Assembly: GCF_900108045.1 (NCBI RefSeq)
Contig: NZ_FNUK01000001.1
Location: 98,300 to 122,299 of the forward strand
DNA: 24,000 nt
Origin: Caloramator fervidus
GTDB lineage: Bacteria; Bacillota; Clostridia; Clostridiales; Caloramatoraceae
Direction: 5' to 3'
The translations under genes and the position numbers were made by a program. The stretch's first letter is position 1, and every line of letters begins with the position of its first letter. The notes under the pieces are model-generated. The model did not search any database, was not told the DNA's origin, and worked only from the letters and a program-made list of their open reading frames with translations. This document shows positions 7,834 through 16,155 of this stretch, in pieces.

Positions 7834-9408
7834 ATGGAGGTTTATATATATAAAGCAAAGGGGAAGGGCGGGGTTATATATGATTTTTCTTTTAACCCTT
7901 ATGTAGATTATGAAATACTTAAAAGGACAAGGAATATAGAAAATTTTACTATATTAGGAAAAACAGATATAAAAAAAGCAAAATCAATAGTTCAGTCTGT
8001 AAATTCTAATGTATTTATAAAAAGGCTTATAAAAAATGATGATTCTATAATAAATAGGGTATTTAAAAAACACGGCATAAAAATGAAGTTAAAAAGAGTT
8101 TTTGAGGATTATGTTTTACCTTTAAAAAACGATATTGAACTTGTAGAGGGAAAGATCATAGGAAAAGTTTTTACCTTATCTGAGATATTTGATTTTTTTA
8201 AGGATATGGATTTTAGTTATCTTTTAGACATACTTCAGCTTTTATACTGTGAAAGAAGAATTCAGATTACTCCTGTGTTTGATGATAAAAATTACTGCTA
8301 TTTTTGTAAAAAATACTCTTGTAAAGAATGTCAGTTTGATTTTAATCAAGATGATTTGCTAATTTATGCTGCAGATAATTATAATTTTTCTTTTAAGAGA
8401 GGATATAATTATAAAAAGATTAAACTTGATAAGATTAAAGAGGATGTAGCAAGGGATATATTTAACTTTATAAAATCTAAAAAAAACAATGCAATATTAT
8501 TTTGTGCACCGCATTCTTTTAGTATAGATATTCTTTATTCTTCTATGATGGAGATTTTAAAAAATGGGGGAAAAATATTATATATAACTAGTTTTCATGA
8601 TGTTTATAAATCTTTAGAGGTTTTAAAGGATTTATTTCCAGAAAACAAAATATGTGTAATTAACGATAAATTTGAGGATTTTAGAGATTATGATATTGTT
8701 ATTTCTTATAAATCTAGGTTTATAAGGTTTTATAAATCTTTTGATTTTGTAATATTAAATGATTTGTATAAAGTTTTTAACAAAGAAAAACCTATAAATA
8801 TAGTAGCTAAAAAGGCTTGCAAAGATAAGGCAAAGTTTTTAATAGTAACAGTAAATCCGGAAGGATATAAAGATTTAAATTGTGATTTAATGTATCTTCC
8901 CTACGTTTATGGAAGTTATTTAATTCCTGAACCAAGGGTTGAAGTAGAAAGAATAGTAGAGGAGCCTTTTTTAACTTCTCTTGCTCTTGATATGATAAGG
9001 TGGTCAATTCAAGATGGAGCCAAAACGGTGATTTTTGTTGATAAAGCTTATATTAGGAGTATTAAAAATCAAATTATAAAAAATGGTATTAAAAGAAATT
9101 ATATTGAGGATAGTAGTGATTTTTTAACTTTTTTAAAAAGCGATAAAAGTATTTATATAACTGATAATTTTAAGATATCTCAAAACATATTTGAAAATAT
9201 AAACGTTATAGTTTTAAATGCTAATAGCGATGTTTACAATGAAGAAGTTTTAATCTATATTTCAGCCTTTTCAGCTCTTCATAAGGATAAAAAATTAGGG
9301 GAGGTTTTATTTATTTCAAGTTATGAAACTGAAGGAATTTCTTTAGCAAGAAAACTTATAAGAAATTTAAACAAAGTGGCTTGGGAAAGAGGATATGTGA
9401 GGCTTTAA
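7834..9408 (+). CDS. ComFA-like helicase homolog with degenerate ATPase motifs (probable pseudo-enzyme)
   Basis: 524-aa intact ORF with a GAGGTGA RBS. It is collinear by eye with the B. subtilis ComFA layout: a Cys cluster (CYFCKKYSCKEC), ILFCAPHSFSID in place of the Walker A VCGAGKTE, FVILNDLY in place of IIDEVDAF, IVTVNP in place of LSATP, a conserved IPEPR, and ISAFSALHK in place of QIAGRTGRH. It sits directly upstream of, and overlaps, comFC. Confidence 0.6.
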   Translation: MEVYIYKAKGKGGVIYDFSFNPYVDYEILKRTRNIENFTILGKTDIKKAKSIVQSVNSNVFIKRLIKNDDSIINRVFKKHGIKMKLKRVFEDYVLPLKNDIELVEGKIIGKVFTLSEIFDFFKDMDFSYLLDILQLLYCERRIQITPVFDDKNYCYFCKKYSCKECQFDFNQDDLLIYAADNYNFSFKRGYNYKKIKLDKIKEDVARDIFNFIKSKKNNAILFCAPHSFSIDILYSSMMEILKNGGKILYITSFHDVYKSLEVLKDLFPENKICVINDKFEDFRDYDIVISYKSRFIRFYKSFDFVILNDLYKVFNKEKPINIVAKKACKDKAKFLIVTVNPEGYKDLNCDLMYLPYVYGSYLIPEPRVEVERIVEEPFLTSLALDMIRWSIQDGAKTVIFVDKAYIRSIKNQIIKNGIKRNYIEDSSDFLTFLKSDKSIYITDNFKISQNIFENINVIVLNANSDVYNEEVLIYISAFSALHKDKKLGEVLFISSYETEGISLARKLIRNLNKVAWERGYVRL

Positions 9409-10046
9409 ACTGCTTAATTGAAGTTTTATTTCCAGATAAAAAATTTTGCCTATATTGTGGAAAACTTGAAGAATATAGATTTGGGCTTTGTAATTTTTGT
9501 TATGCTGAAGTTTTAAAAAATAAGATGACTAACAAAATTTTAAGGCAGTATCCTTTAAAGGTTTCTTTTGATGAAGCTTATTCTGTGTTTAGATATGAAA
9601 AAATGGCAAGGGATATTATAATAAAACTTAAATATAAAGAAAAAATTGAACTTTCTTTAGTTATTGCATATTTTATGAAGGAGCTTTTAGATGAGTTAAA
9701 TTTAAAATTTGACTGTATAGTTCCCGTTCCTATTTTTAAAAGTAAAAAAAGCAAAAGGGGATTTAATCAAGCCTTAGCTATAGCTGATAATTTATCAAGA
9801 TTAACTTTTGTTCCTGTTTTAGATTGTGTAGAAAAAATAAAAAATACAAAGTCTCAGACCCTATTCAATGACTTTGATAGATGGTATAATGTAAAGGAAG
9901 TTTTTAAATGTAAAAAGGATTTGACAGGTAAAACAGTTTTACTTGTTGATGATGTATTTACAACAGGGGCAACAGCCCATTATGTTTCCTGTGCATTAAA
10001 GGAGTGTAATGCAAAAAAGGTAATAGTTTTAACTTTTGCATCATAA
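9381..10046 (+). CDS. comFC: ComF family protein (ComFC, phosphoribosyltransferase-like)
   Basis: 221-aa ORF with a TTG start that overlaps the upstream gene by 28 nt. It has an N-terminal CxxC...CxxC zinc-ribbon (CLYCG...CNFCY), an RGFNQA motif and a C-terminal PRTase loop VLLVDDVFTTGAT. Confidence 0.85.
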   Translation: MGKRICEALNCLIEVLFPDKKFCLYCGKLEEYRFGLCNFCYAEVLKNKMTNKILRQYPLKVSFDEAYSVFRYEKMARDIIIKLKYKEKIELSLVIAYFMKELLDELNLKFDCIVPVPIFKSKKSKRGFNQALAIADNLSRLTFVPVLDCVEKIKNTKSQTLFNDFDRWYNVKEVFKCKKDLTGKTVLLVDDVFTTGATAHYVSCALKECNAKKVIVLTFAS

Positions 10047-10264
10047 GGATATGGCATGGTTAGGTCTGTGGTTGAAAGTCGATGCTAGCCGCAGGCGAAA
10101 CGACCCACGTAAGTCAGACAAAAGTCTGATGAGCATGGTGCGGCTTAGAAGTAAGTCCTGCCGGTAAAACCGAGAGGAGGATTAGTGAGAGGTATACACC
10201 TTAAGCAAAACTCCCAGCAGGCGAGTGTGGGGGCAAAGACCAGGTCAGCTAACCTGCTATATCC
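10047..10264 (+). ncRNA. raiA-motif structured noncoding RNA (candidate)
   Basis: A 218-nt stretch with no ORF and about 51% G+C (112/218 by hand count) in an AT-rich window. The terminal helix pairs GGATATGGCATGGTTAG with CTAACCTGCTATATCC. Internal helices are 10085-10093/10139-10148, the hairpin TCAGAC-AAAA-GTCTGA (10114-10129) and AGGT-ATAC-ACCT (about 10190-10201). A T-rich tract follows. Its position between comFC and hpf (raiA) is the characteristic raiA-motif context. Confidence 0.7.
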
Positions 10265-10346
10265 TTTTGTATTTTTTTTGTGTTTTTGCATAAACTAAAT
10301 AAAGATATTAACACCATATGTTGATTTAAAAACCTTGAATTTCAAT

Positions 10347-10376
10347 TTATGCACAAATTTATCCACATTATCCACA
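10347..10376 (+). promoter_or_regulatory. Three co-oriented DnaA boxes
   Basis: TTATGCACA (10347-10355), TTATCCACA (10359-10367) and TTATCCACA (10368-10376). All three fit TTATNCACA, and two are perfect and directly abutting. Confidence 0.55.
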
Positions 10377-10382
10377 ACTAGA

Positions 10383-10414
10383 TATTAACATATTAACATT
10401 TTCACATTTTGACA
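10383..10414 (+). repeat. Four tandem 8-nt direct repeats (TATTAACA, TATTAACA, TTTTCACA, TTTTGACA)
   Basis: Read directly from the sequence. They have the same orientation and the same xACA ending as the adjacent DnaA boxes. GATATTAACA also recurs at 10304-10313. Confidence 0.5.
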
Positions 10415-10422
10415 AAAAATAC

Positions 10423-10451
10423 TTGATTAAATTTTCAGAAAATATTAAAAT
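10423..10451 (+). promoter_or_regulatory. Putative sigmaA promoter of hpf
   Basis: TTGATT (10423-10428), a 17-nt spacer, then TAAAAT (10446-10451). Confidence 0.35.
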
Positions 10452-10496
10452 TAATATAAGAATTTCCCTTAGCTTACTTGAAAGGGGTAGGTTTAT

Positions 10497-11024
10497 ATGA
10501 AGTACATGATTACAGGAAAAAACATTGTTTTAACTGATGCCTTAAAGGATATAGTTGAAAAAAAGTTAAGCAAACTTGAAAAGTATTTTAACAAAGAACA
10601 AGAAGCCCACGTAACTTTATCGGTTCAAAAAAATAGGCATATAATTGAAGTTACCATTCCTTTTAATGGAATGATATTAAGAGGGGAAGAAGCAACGGAT
10701 GATATGTATTCAGCTATAGATAATGTTGTTGAAAAGATAGAAAAGCAAATAATTAAACATAAAACAAAACTTCAAAAGAGAATTCATAACGGAGAGACCT
10801 TAAGGCTTTTAGATATTCCAGAATATAACGAAGAGGAAGAAGAAGGAAAGATAGTAAAAAGAAAAAGATTTTCGATAAAGCCTATGGATGTTGAAGAAGC
10901 TATACTTGAGATGGAACTTTTAGGACATAACTTCTTTGTATTTAGAAACTCAGAAACCGAGGAGGTTAACGTAGTTTATAAAAGAAAAGATGGAAATTAT
11001 GGTATAATAGAACCTGAATTTTAA
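10497..11024 (+). CDS. hpf: Ribosome hibernation promoting factor, long form (RaiA/YfiA/HPF family)
   Basis: 175-aa ORF with a GAAAGGGGTAGG RBS. The N-terminal sigma-54-modulation/S30EA fold pattern is present (ITGKNIVLTDALKDIVEKKLSKLEKYF...HVTLSV). An acidic linker is followed by the C-terminal dimerisation domain (KPMDVEEAILEMELLGHNFFVFRN...VNVVYKRKDGNYGIIEP). Confidence 0.93.
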   Translation: MKYMITGKNIVLTDALKDIVEKKLSKLEKYFNKEQEAHVTLSVQKNRHIIEVTIPFNGMILRGEEATDDMYSAIDNVVEKIEKQIIKHKTKLQKRIHNGETLRLLDIPEYNEEEEEGKIVKRKRFSIKPMDVEEAILEMELLGHNFFVFRNSETEEVNVVYKRKDGNYGIIEPEF

Positions 11025-11053
11025 GGCACGTTTTAACGTGCCTTATTGTTTTG
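11023..11053 (+). terminator. Intrinsic terminator of hpf
   Basis: Stem AAGGCACG / CGTGCCTT with loop TTTTAA, followed by a T-rich tail (ATTGTTTTG). Confidence 0.7.
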
Positions 11054-11082
11054 TTGTTAAATAAATTAAAATATGTTAAAAT
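11054..11082 (+). promoter_or_regulatory. Putative sigmaA promoter of secA-prfB
   Basis: TTGTTA (11054-11059), a 17-nt spacer, then TAAAAT (11077-11082), with an upstream TG giving an extended -10. Confidence 0.4.
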
Positions 11083-11113
11083 ATATTAGTATTGCTTAAG
11101 GGAAGGTGGTAGC

Positions 11114-13612
11114 ATGAAACTTTTAGAAAAAATATTTGGGACTCATAGCGAAAGAGAAATAAAAAAGCTTATGCCTATAGTAGATAAAATAGAAAGCTTA
11201 GATAAAGTTATGCAAAGTCTTTCCGATGAGGAATTGAGAAATAAGACCTTTGAATTTAAAGAAAGATTAAAAAAAGGTGAAACCCTTGATGATATTTTGC
11301 CAGAGGCTTTTGCGGTTGTAAGGGAAGCCGCCTATAGAACTCTTGGTATGAAACATTTTAGAGTTCAGCTTCTTGGTGGAATTGTTCTTCATCAGGGAAG
11401 AATTGCTGAAATGAAAACGGGGGAAGGAAAAACCCTTGTTGCAACTTTGCCTGCTTATTTAAACGCCTTAACAGGAAAAGGCGTTCATGTTGTTACGGTT
11501 AATGACTATCTTGCAAAGCGTGATAGGGAGTGGATGGGAAAGATTTATGAATTTTTAGGCCTTACTGTAGGAGTTATTACCCATGATTTAGATGCTGAAG
11601 AAAGAAGAAAGGCGTATAATTGCGACATAACCTACGGAACTAATAACGAGTTTGGTTTTGATTATCTAAGGGATAATATGGTTATATACAAAGAGGAGAT
11701 GGTTCAAAGAGGTCTCCATTATGCAATAATCGATGAGGTGGATTCAATCCTTATAGATGAAGCAAGAACACCTCTTATAATTTCAGGAGTTGGAGAAAAA
11801 TCAACAAAGCTTTATGAAATTGCAGATAAGTTTGTAAGAACTTTAAAAAAGGGAGAAGACTACGAAGTTGATGAAAAACAACATGCTGTAACTTTAACCC
11901 AAAGCGGTATAGACAAAGCTGAAAAGTTTTTTAACCTTGAAAATTATGCTGATCCTGAAAATATAGAAATACAACACCACGTAATACAGGCTTTAAAGGC
12001 CCATGCCTTGATGAGAAGGGATATAGATTATGTTGTTAAAGATGGAGAGGTTATAATAGTTGATGAATTTACAGGAAGGTTGATGTATGGAAGAAGATAT
12101 TCAGATGGATTGCATCAAGCTATAGAAGCTAAAGAAGGAGTAAAGATTGAAAGGGAATCTAAAACATTAGCTACAATAACTTTCCAAAATTATTTTAGGC
12201 TTTATGAAAAAATTGCCGGAATGACAGGAACAGCCCAAACAGAAGAGGAAGAGTTTAGAGAGATATATGGCCTTGATGTTATAGTTATTCCTACAAATAA
12301 GCCAGTAAGAAGAATAGATTACCCAGATGTTGTATATAAAACTGAAAAGGCAAAATTTAATGCAATAGTTGAGGAAATAGTTGAAACTTATAAAACAGGG
12401 CAGCCTGTCCTTGTTGGAACCATAAGTATTGAAAAATCAGAGATGCTTTCAGATATGCTAAAAAAGAGAGGAATTCCTCATCAGGTGTTAAATGCAAAGT
12501 ACCACGAAAAGGAAGCAGAAATAGTTGCTCATGCTGGTGAAAAGGGAATGGTAACCATAGCGACAAACATGGCAGGCCGTGGTACAGATATAAAGCTTGG
12601 CGAGGGTGTTGCAGAGCTTGGGGGACTTAAGATAATAGGAACTGAAAGGCATGAGTCAAGAAGAATAGATAACCAGTTAAGAGGTCGTGCAGGACGTCAA
12701 GGGGATCCTGGATGTTCAAGATTTTATGTATCCCTTGAGGATGATTTAATGAGGCTTTTTGGCTCGGATAGGATAAAGGAAATAGTAACAAGGCTTGGAC
12801 TTCCAGATGATGAGCCAATTGAAAGCAAGATGGTTACAAATGCTATAGAGCAGGCCCAAAAGAGGGTTGAAGCCCACAATTTTGAAATAAGAAAAATGTT
12901 ACTTCAATTTGATGATGTTTTAAACAGGCAAAGAGAAATAATATATAGCCAAAGAAGAAAGGTACTAGAAGGTGAAAACTTAAAGGAAAATATAAAGGCG
13001 ATGATAAAGGATGTTGTAACATCTATAGTTAATGCCCACATAAGCGATGACAGACATAGAGAAGAGTGGGACTTAAAAGGACTTGTAAGATATATAGAAG
13101 ATGTATTTATGTATAAAGCTGATGAAAATAAATTAGAATCTTTATCAAGGGATGAAATATTAGAAACCTTAATAAATGAAATAGATAGGATATATGAAGA
13201 TAAAGAAAAAGAATTTGAGGAAGGAACTTTAAGAGAAATAGAAAGAGTAGTTCTTTTAAGAACTGTTGATACTAAGTGGATAGACCATATAGATGCAATG
13301 GAACATCTAAAGCAGGGTATAGGTCTTAGAGCTTATAGGCATAGAGATCCTGTTCAAGAATATCAAATTGAAGGAATGAATATGTTTGATGAGATGATTT
13401 ATAGTATAAAAGAAGATACTTTAAGGCTTTTATTTAGAGTAAAACCAGAAAACAAGGTTGAAAGGGAAAGGGTTGCAGAACCTGTATCTACAAATTATGA
13501 TGAGTCTTCTAAAAAGCAGCCTATAAAAAAAGGAGAAAAAATAGGAAGAAATGAGCCTTGTCCTTGTGGAAGTGGCAAAAAGTATAAAAATTGTTGTGGA
13601 AAAAATGCATAA
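11114..13612 (+). CDS. secA: Preprotein translocase ATPase SecA
   Basis: 832-aa ORF. Motifs include [41 protein letters not shown] and [13 protein letters not shown], plus the C-terminal zinc-binding tail [14 protein letters not shown]. Confidence 0.98.
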   Translation: MKLLEKIFGTHSEREIKKLMPIVDKIESLDKVMQSLSDEELRNKTFEFKERLKKGETLDDILPEAFAVVREAAYRTLGMKHFRVQLLGGIVLHQGRIAEMKTGEGKTLVATLPAYLNALTGKGVHVVTVNDYLAKRDREWMGKIYEFLGLTVGVITHDLDAEERRKAYNCDITYGTNNEFGFDYLRDNMVIYKEEMVQRGLHYAIIDEVDSILIDEARTPLIISGVGEKSTKLYEIADKFVRTLKKGEDYEVDEKQHAVTLTQSGIDKAEKFFNLENYADPENIEIQHHVIQALKAHALMRRDIDYVVKDGEVIIVDEFTGRLMYGRRYSDGLHQAIEAKEGVKIERESKTLATITFQNYFRLYEKIAGMTGTAQTEEEEFREIYGLDVIVIPTNKPVRRIDYPDVVYKTEKAKFNAIVEEIVETYKTGQPVLVGTISIEKSEMLSDMLKKRGIPHQVLNAKYHEKEAEIVAHAGEKGMVTIATNMAGRGTDIKLGEGVAELGGLKIIGTERHESRRIDNQLRGRAGRQGDPGCSRFYVSLEDDLMRLFGSDRIKEIVTRLGLPDDEPIESKMVTNAIEQAQKRVEAHNFEIRKMLLQFDDVLNRQREIIYSQRRKVLEGENLKENIKAMIKDVVTSIVNAHISDDRHREEWDLKGLVRYIEDVFMYKADENKLESLSRDEILETLINEIDRIYEDKEKEFEEGTLREIERVVLLRTVDTKWIDHIDAMEHLKQGIGLRAYRHRDPVQEYQIEGMNMFDEMIYSIKEDTLRLLFRVKPENKVERERVAEPVSTNYDESSKKQPIKKGEKIGRNEPCPCGSGKKYKNCCGKNA

Positions 13613-13624
13613 GGAGGGGATAAT

Positions 13625-14735
13625 ATGCATCTTCAATTTGAAGAGCATTACTCAGCCATTGAACCTATGAAGAAAATATTAAGTGAAGTGGGGGCTTCTC
13701 TTTGACATCCCTAAGCTTAAAAAGGAAGTAGAAGATTTAGAAAATAAAATGCAGGAACCTGACTTTTGGAATGATATTGAAAAGGCTCAAAAAATAGTTC
13801 AAAGGGCAAAGGCCTTAAAGGATAAGATTGAAAAGTATGAGAATCTTTTAAAGAGATTGGATGACCTTCAGGTTCTAATTGAGCTTTGTGATGAAGAAGA
13901 AGATTATTCTCATCTTGATGAAATAGCAAATGAAAGGTATGACCTTGAAAAGAAAATAGAAGCCTTTAGAATTGAGACTATGCTTTCTGGAGAGTATGAT
14001 AAAAATAACGCTATTTTAAGCATACACGCAGGAGCAGGTGGAACAGAGGCTTGTGATTGGGCATCTATGCTTCTTAGAATGTATACAAGATGGGCAGAAT
14101 CAAAGGGGTATAAGGTTGAAACTGTTGACTTTTTACCCGGAGATGAAGCAGGTGTAAAAAGCGTAACTTTAGAAATTAAAGGAGAGTATGCCTACGGATA
14201 TTTAAAAGCAGAAAAGGGAGTTCACAGGTTAATTAGAATTTCACCCTTTGATGCTGCAGGAAAAAGGCATACATCCTTTGCTTCTGTGGAAGTTTTACCA
14301 GAACTTGAGGATAATCAAGACATAGAGATAAGGGATGAGGATTTAAAAATAGATACCTTCCGTTCAGGTGGTGCAGGAGGACAGTATGTAAATAAAACAG
14401 AATCAGCTGTTAGAATTACCCATATTCCAACAGGAATTGTTGTATCCTGCCAAAGTGAAAGAAGCCAGCATGCCAACAGGGAAATGGCAATGAAAATGCT
14501 TAAAGCAAAACTCATAGAACTTAAGGAAAGAGAAAGAAAGGAAAAAATAGAGGACTTGACAGGGGAACAAAAGGAAATAGGCTGGGGAAACCAAATAAGA
14601 ACGTATGTATTCCAGCCATATACCCTTGTTAAGGATCACAGAACTGGGGTTGAAATTGGAAACATTCAAGCGGTTATGGATGGAGAAATAGATGAGTTTA
14701 TAAATGCATATCTAAAGATGGAAAACAAAAAGTAG
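13625..14735 (+). CDS. prfB: Peptide chain release factor 2, expressed through a programmed +1 frameshift
   Basis: The ATG at 13625 (AAGGAGGGGA RBS) opens a 26-codon frame (MHLQFEEHYSAIEPMKKILSEVGASL) that ends in CTT TGA C at 13700-13706. The +1 frame continues DIPKLKKEV... to 14735 and contains the SPF and GGQ motifs (RISPFDA, GAGGQYVNK). Confidence 0.95.
13690..13706 (+). promoter_or_regulatory. prfB autoregulatory frameshift site
   Basis: An internal SD-like GGGGG (13690-13694) lies upstream of the slippery CTT (13700-13702), followed by the in-frame TGA (13703-13705) and a C. Confidence 0.9.
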
Positions 14736-14758
14736 ATCCATAAGCGGATCTACTTTTT
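14727..14758. terminator. Bidirectional terminator between prfB and the convergent peptidase gene
   Basis: AAAAAGTAGATCC / GGATCTACTTTTT with loop ATAAGC. There is an A-run on one side and a T-run on the other, and it overlaps both stop codons. Confidence 0.8.
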
Positions 14759-16093
14759 GTTATAAATTGTAAAAATTATTATTAATATAAAAGTTGAAGA
14801 TATAACATAGTAAAGTATAGGGGCATTATCTTCTATAAAAACATTTTTTTTGCTTAAATAGTCTTCAACTATTTTATAAACTTTTATAATGTTTTTAATA
14901 TCTATGTTTTCTATTGTATCATAAGGGGTGTGGATTTTATCTAGGTCATCGTGAATTAAGGTTACAGAACTTATCCCTTTTAAAGTAAAGGGAACGTGGT
15001 CGCTGTTATCTTCATAGCTTCTTTTAAGGTTATGGGAATTTAAAAAGGCATCTATCGAATCTTGCCTATTTAAAGACAAGCTGGATTTTAGAGCAGTTAA
15101 AGGTATTTCTTTTTTTGAACCTATCATATCAAAGTTTATACATTCAGCACCCTCTAATGAAATCGGAGGGTTGTTTACAAAATAATAGGATCCTAAAAGT
15201 CCTTCTTCTTCAGCATTAAAGGCTATGAATATAATATTCCTATTAGTTTGTTTATTTTTAAGATGATTTGCAAGTTCAATTAAAAAAGATACGCCAGAAG
15301 CATTATCTAAAGCACCGGGGTAAATTTTATTAGCATCATATCCTACGTGGTCTATATGGGCTGAAAATATTATTGGTGGATATTTTTTTTCTTTAGCTTT
15401 TTTATAGGCTATAACGTTTTTAGTTTTAACTTTTTTAAATTCCATAGAACTTTTTATTTCAAATGTATAGCCTTTTTTTTGAAAGTTAATTATTTCGTCT
15501 AAGTATTTGCTGTTTAGGGCTATTTTAATTAAACCTTTTTTATATTCATTTTGTAATTTATATGTGCTTTTAAAGTTAGGATTTAAATTATACATATATA
15601 TTACTGCTTTGATGCCTTTAGATAAAAGATTTTTATCAAAATTATATTCAGAGATTGTTTCAGAGGGATAATTTATTGATATAAAAATATCTCCCTTTTT
15701 TTCATCAGAGTAAATTTTACCCTTTATATATCCTCCTTTTGAAAGTCCAAAGGGGACTTCTTTAAAATCAATTCCGTATTTGTATTCTTTTATTAGTTTA
15801 TTGTTATCGTATACCCTAAAATAAGTTTCTCCCTCTATATATGGAACATAAGCATAAAAGTGTTGAAAAAAGGTGTTATTATCTCCTAAAGGATTTAATT
15901 TTGCATCTTTAAATTTCTTTGCAACAAAATCGCAGGCAAGTTCGTTTCCAACATCTCCACAAAGTCTTCCTCTATATTTTTCACTGGAAAGTTCTTTTAT
16001 GAAGTTATACACATTTTGTGGATTAAAATAAGCTAAAGCAATGTTTTGTAAAAACATTAAAATAACAACGATGAATCCTACTATTTTTTTCAA
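14750..16093 (-). CDS. M28-family Zn aminopeptidase, membrane-anchored or secreted
   Basis: The ORF is open to GTG at 16102. The TTG at 16093 has a GGAG RBS 8 nt upstream and gives MKKIVGFIVVILMF..., a signal-peptide-like N-terminus. M28 metal-ligand motifs are present: AHIDHVG, ALDNASGVS, FNAEEEGLLGS, NFDMIG and SDHVPF. There is a C-terminal hydrophobic helix. Confidence 0.85.
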   Translation of the reverse strand: MKKIVGFIVVILMFLQNIALAYFNPQNVYNFIKELSSEKYRGRLCGDVGNELACDFVAKKFKDAKLNPLGDNNTFFQHFYAYVPYIEGETYFRVYDNNKLIKEYKYGIDFKEVPFGLSKGGYIKGKIYSDEKKGDIFISINYPSETISEYNFDKNLLSKGIKAVIYMYNLNPNFKSTYKLQNEYKKGLIKIALNSKYLDEIINFQKKGYTFEIKSSMEFKKVKTKNVIAYKKAKEKKYPPIIFSAHIDHVGYDANKIYPGALDNASGVSFLIELANHLKNKQTNRNIIFIAFNAEEEGLLGSYYFVNNPPISLEGAECINFDMIGSKKEIPLTALKSSLSLNRQDSIDAFLNSHNLKRSYEDNSDHVPFTLKGISSVTLIHDDLDKIHTPYDTIENIDIKNIIKVYKIVEDYLSKKNVFIEDNAPILYYVISSTFILIIIFTIYNKK

Positions 16094-16125
16094 AAATACC
16101 ACTCCAAAATTTAAAATATATTACC

Positions 16126-16155
16126 ATTATATTCCATTATCCACAATATTATCAA
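16126..16155 (-). promoter_or_regulatory. Putative sigmaA promoter of the M28 peptidase gene, with a DnaA box in its spacer
   Basis: The minus strand reads TTGATA (16155-16150), an 18-nt spacer, then TATAAT (16131-16126). The perfect DnaA box TTATCCACA (16137-16145 on the + strand) lies inside the spacer. Confidence 0.45.

Noticed and set aside
5616-9408. RecD2 helicase plus an adjacent helicase-like gene considered as a candidate phage-defence module.
   Set aside because: The second gene is a ComFA homolog fused into a comFC operon. The whole block sits in conserved housekeeping synteny (comFC, raiA RNA, hpf, secA, prfB). No nuclease, methylase, TIR/SIR2, reverse transcriptase or other effector-type gene accompanies it.
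10265-10496. Possibility that the DnaA-box array marks the chromosomal replication origin (oriC).
   Set aside because: No dnaA, dnaN, rpmH or gidA-type neighbours are present. Genes on both sides (comFC and hpf-secA-prfB) are on the same strand, so there is no orientation switch. The surrounding synteny (recD2-comF-hpf-secA-prfB) is not an origin context in the Firmicutes I know. A regulatory or titration cluster is more plausible.
12357-13648. Minus-strand ORFs inside secA (12357-12566, 12627-12818, 13430-13648).
   Set aside because: They are antisense to a full-length, motif-complete SecA CDS. They have no RBS and no recognisable domains.
13683-13703. Track ORF start (GTG at 13683) as an independent prfB initiation codon.
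   Set aside because: No RBS precedes it. The upstream 26-codon frame with a strong RBS and the CTT TGA C motif explains the gene by the canonical +1 frameshift.
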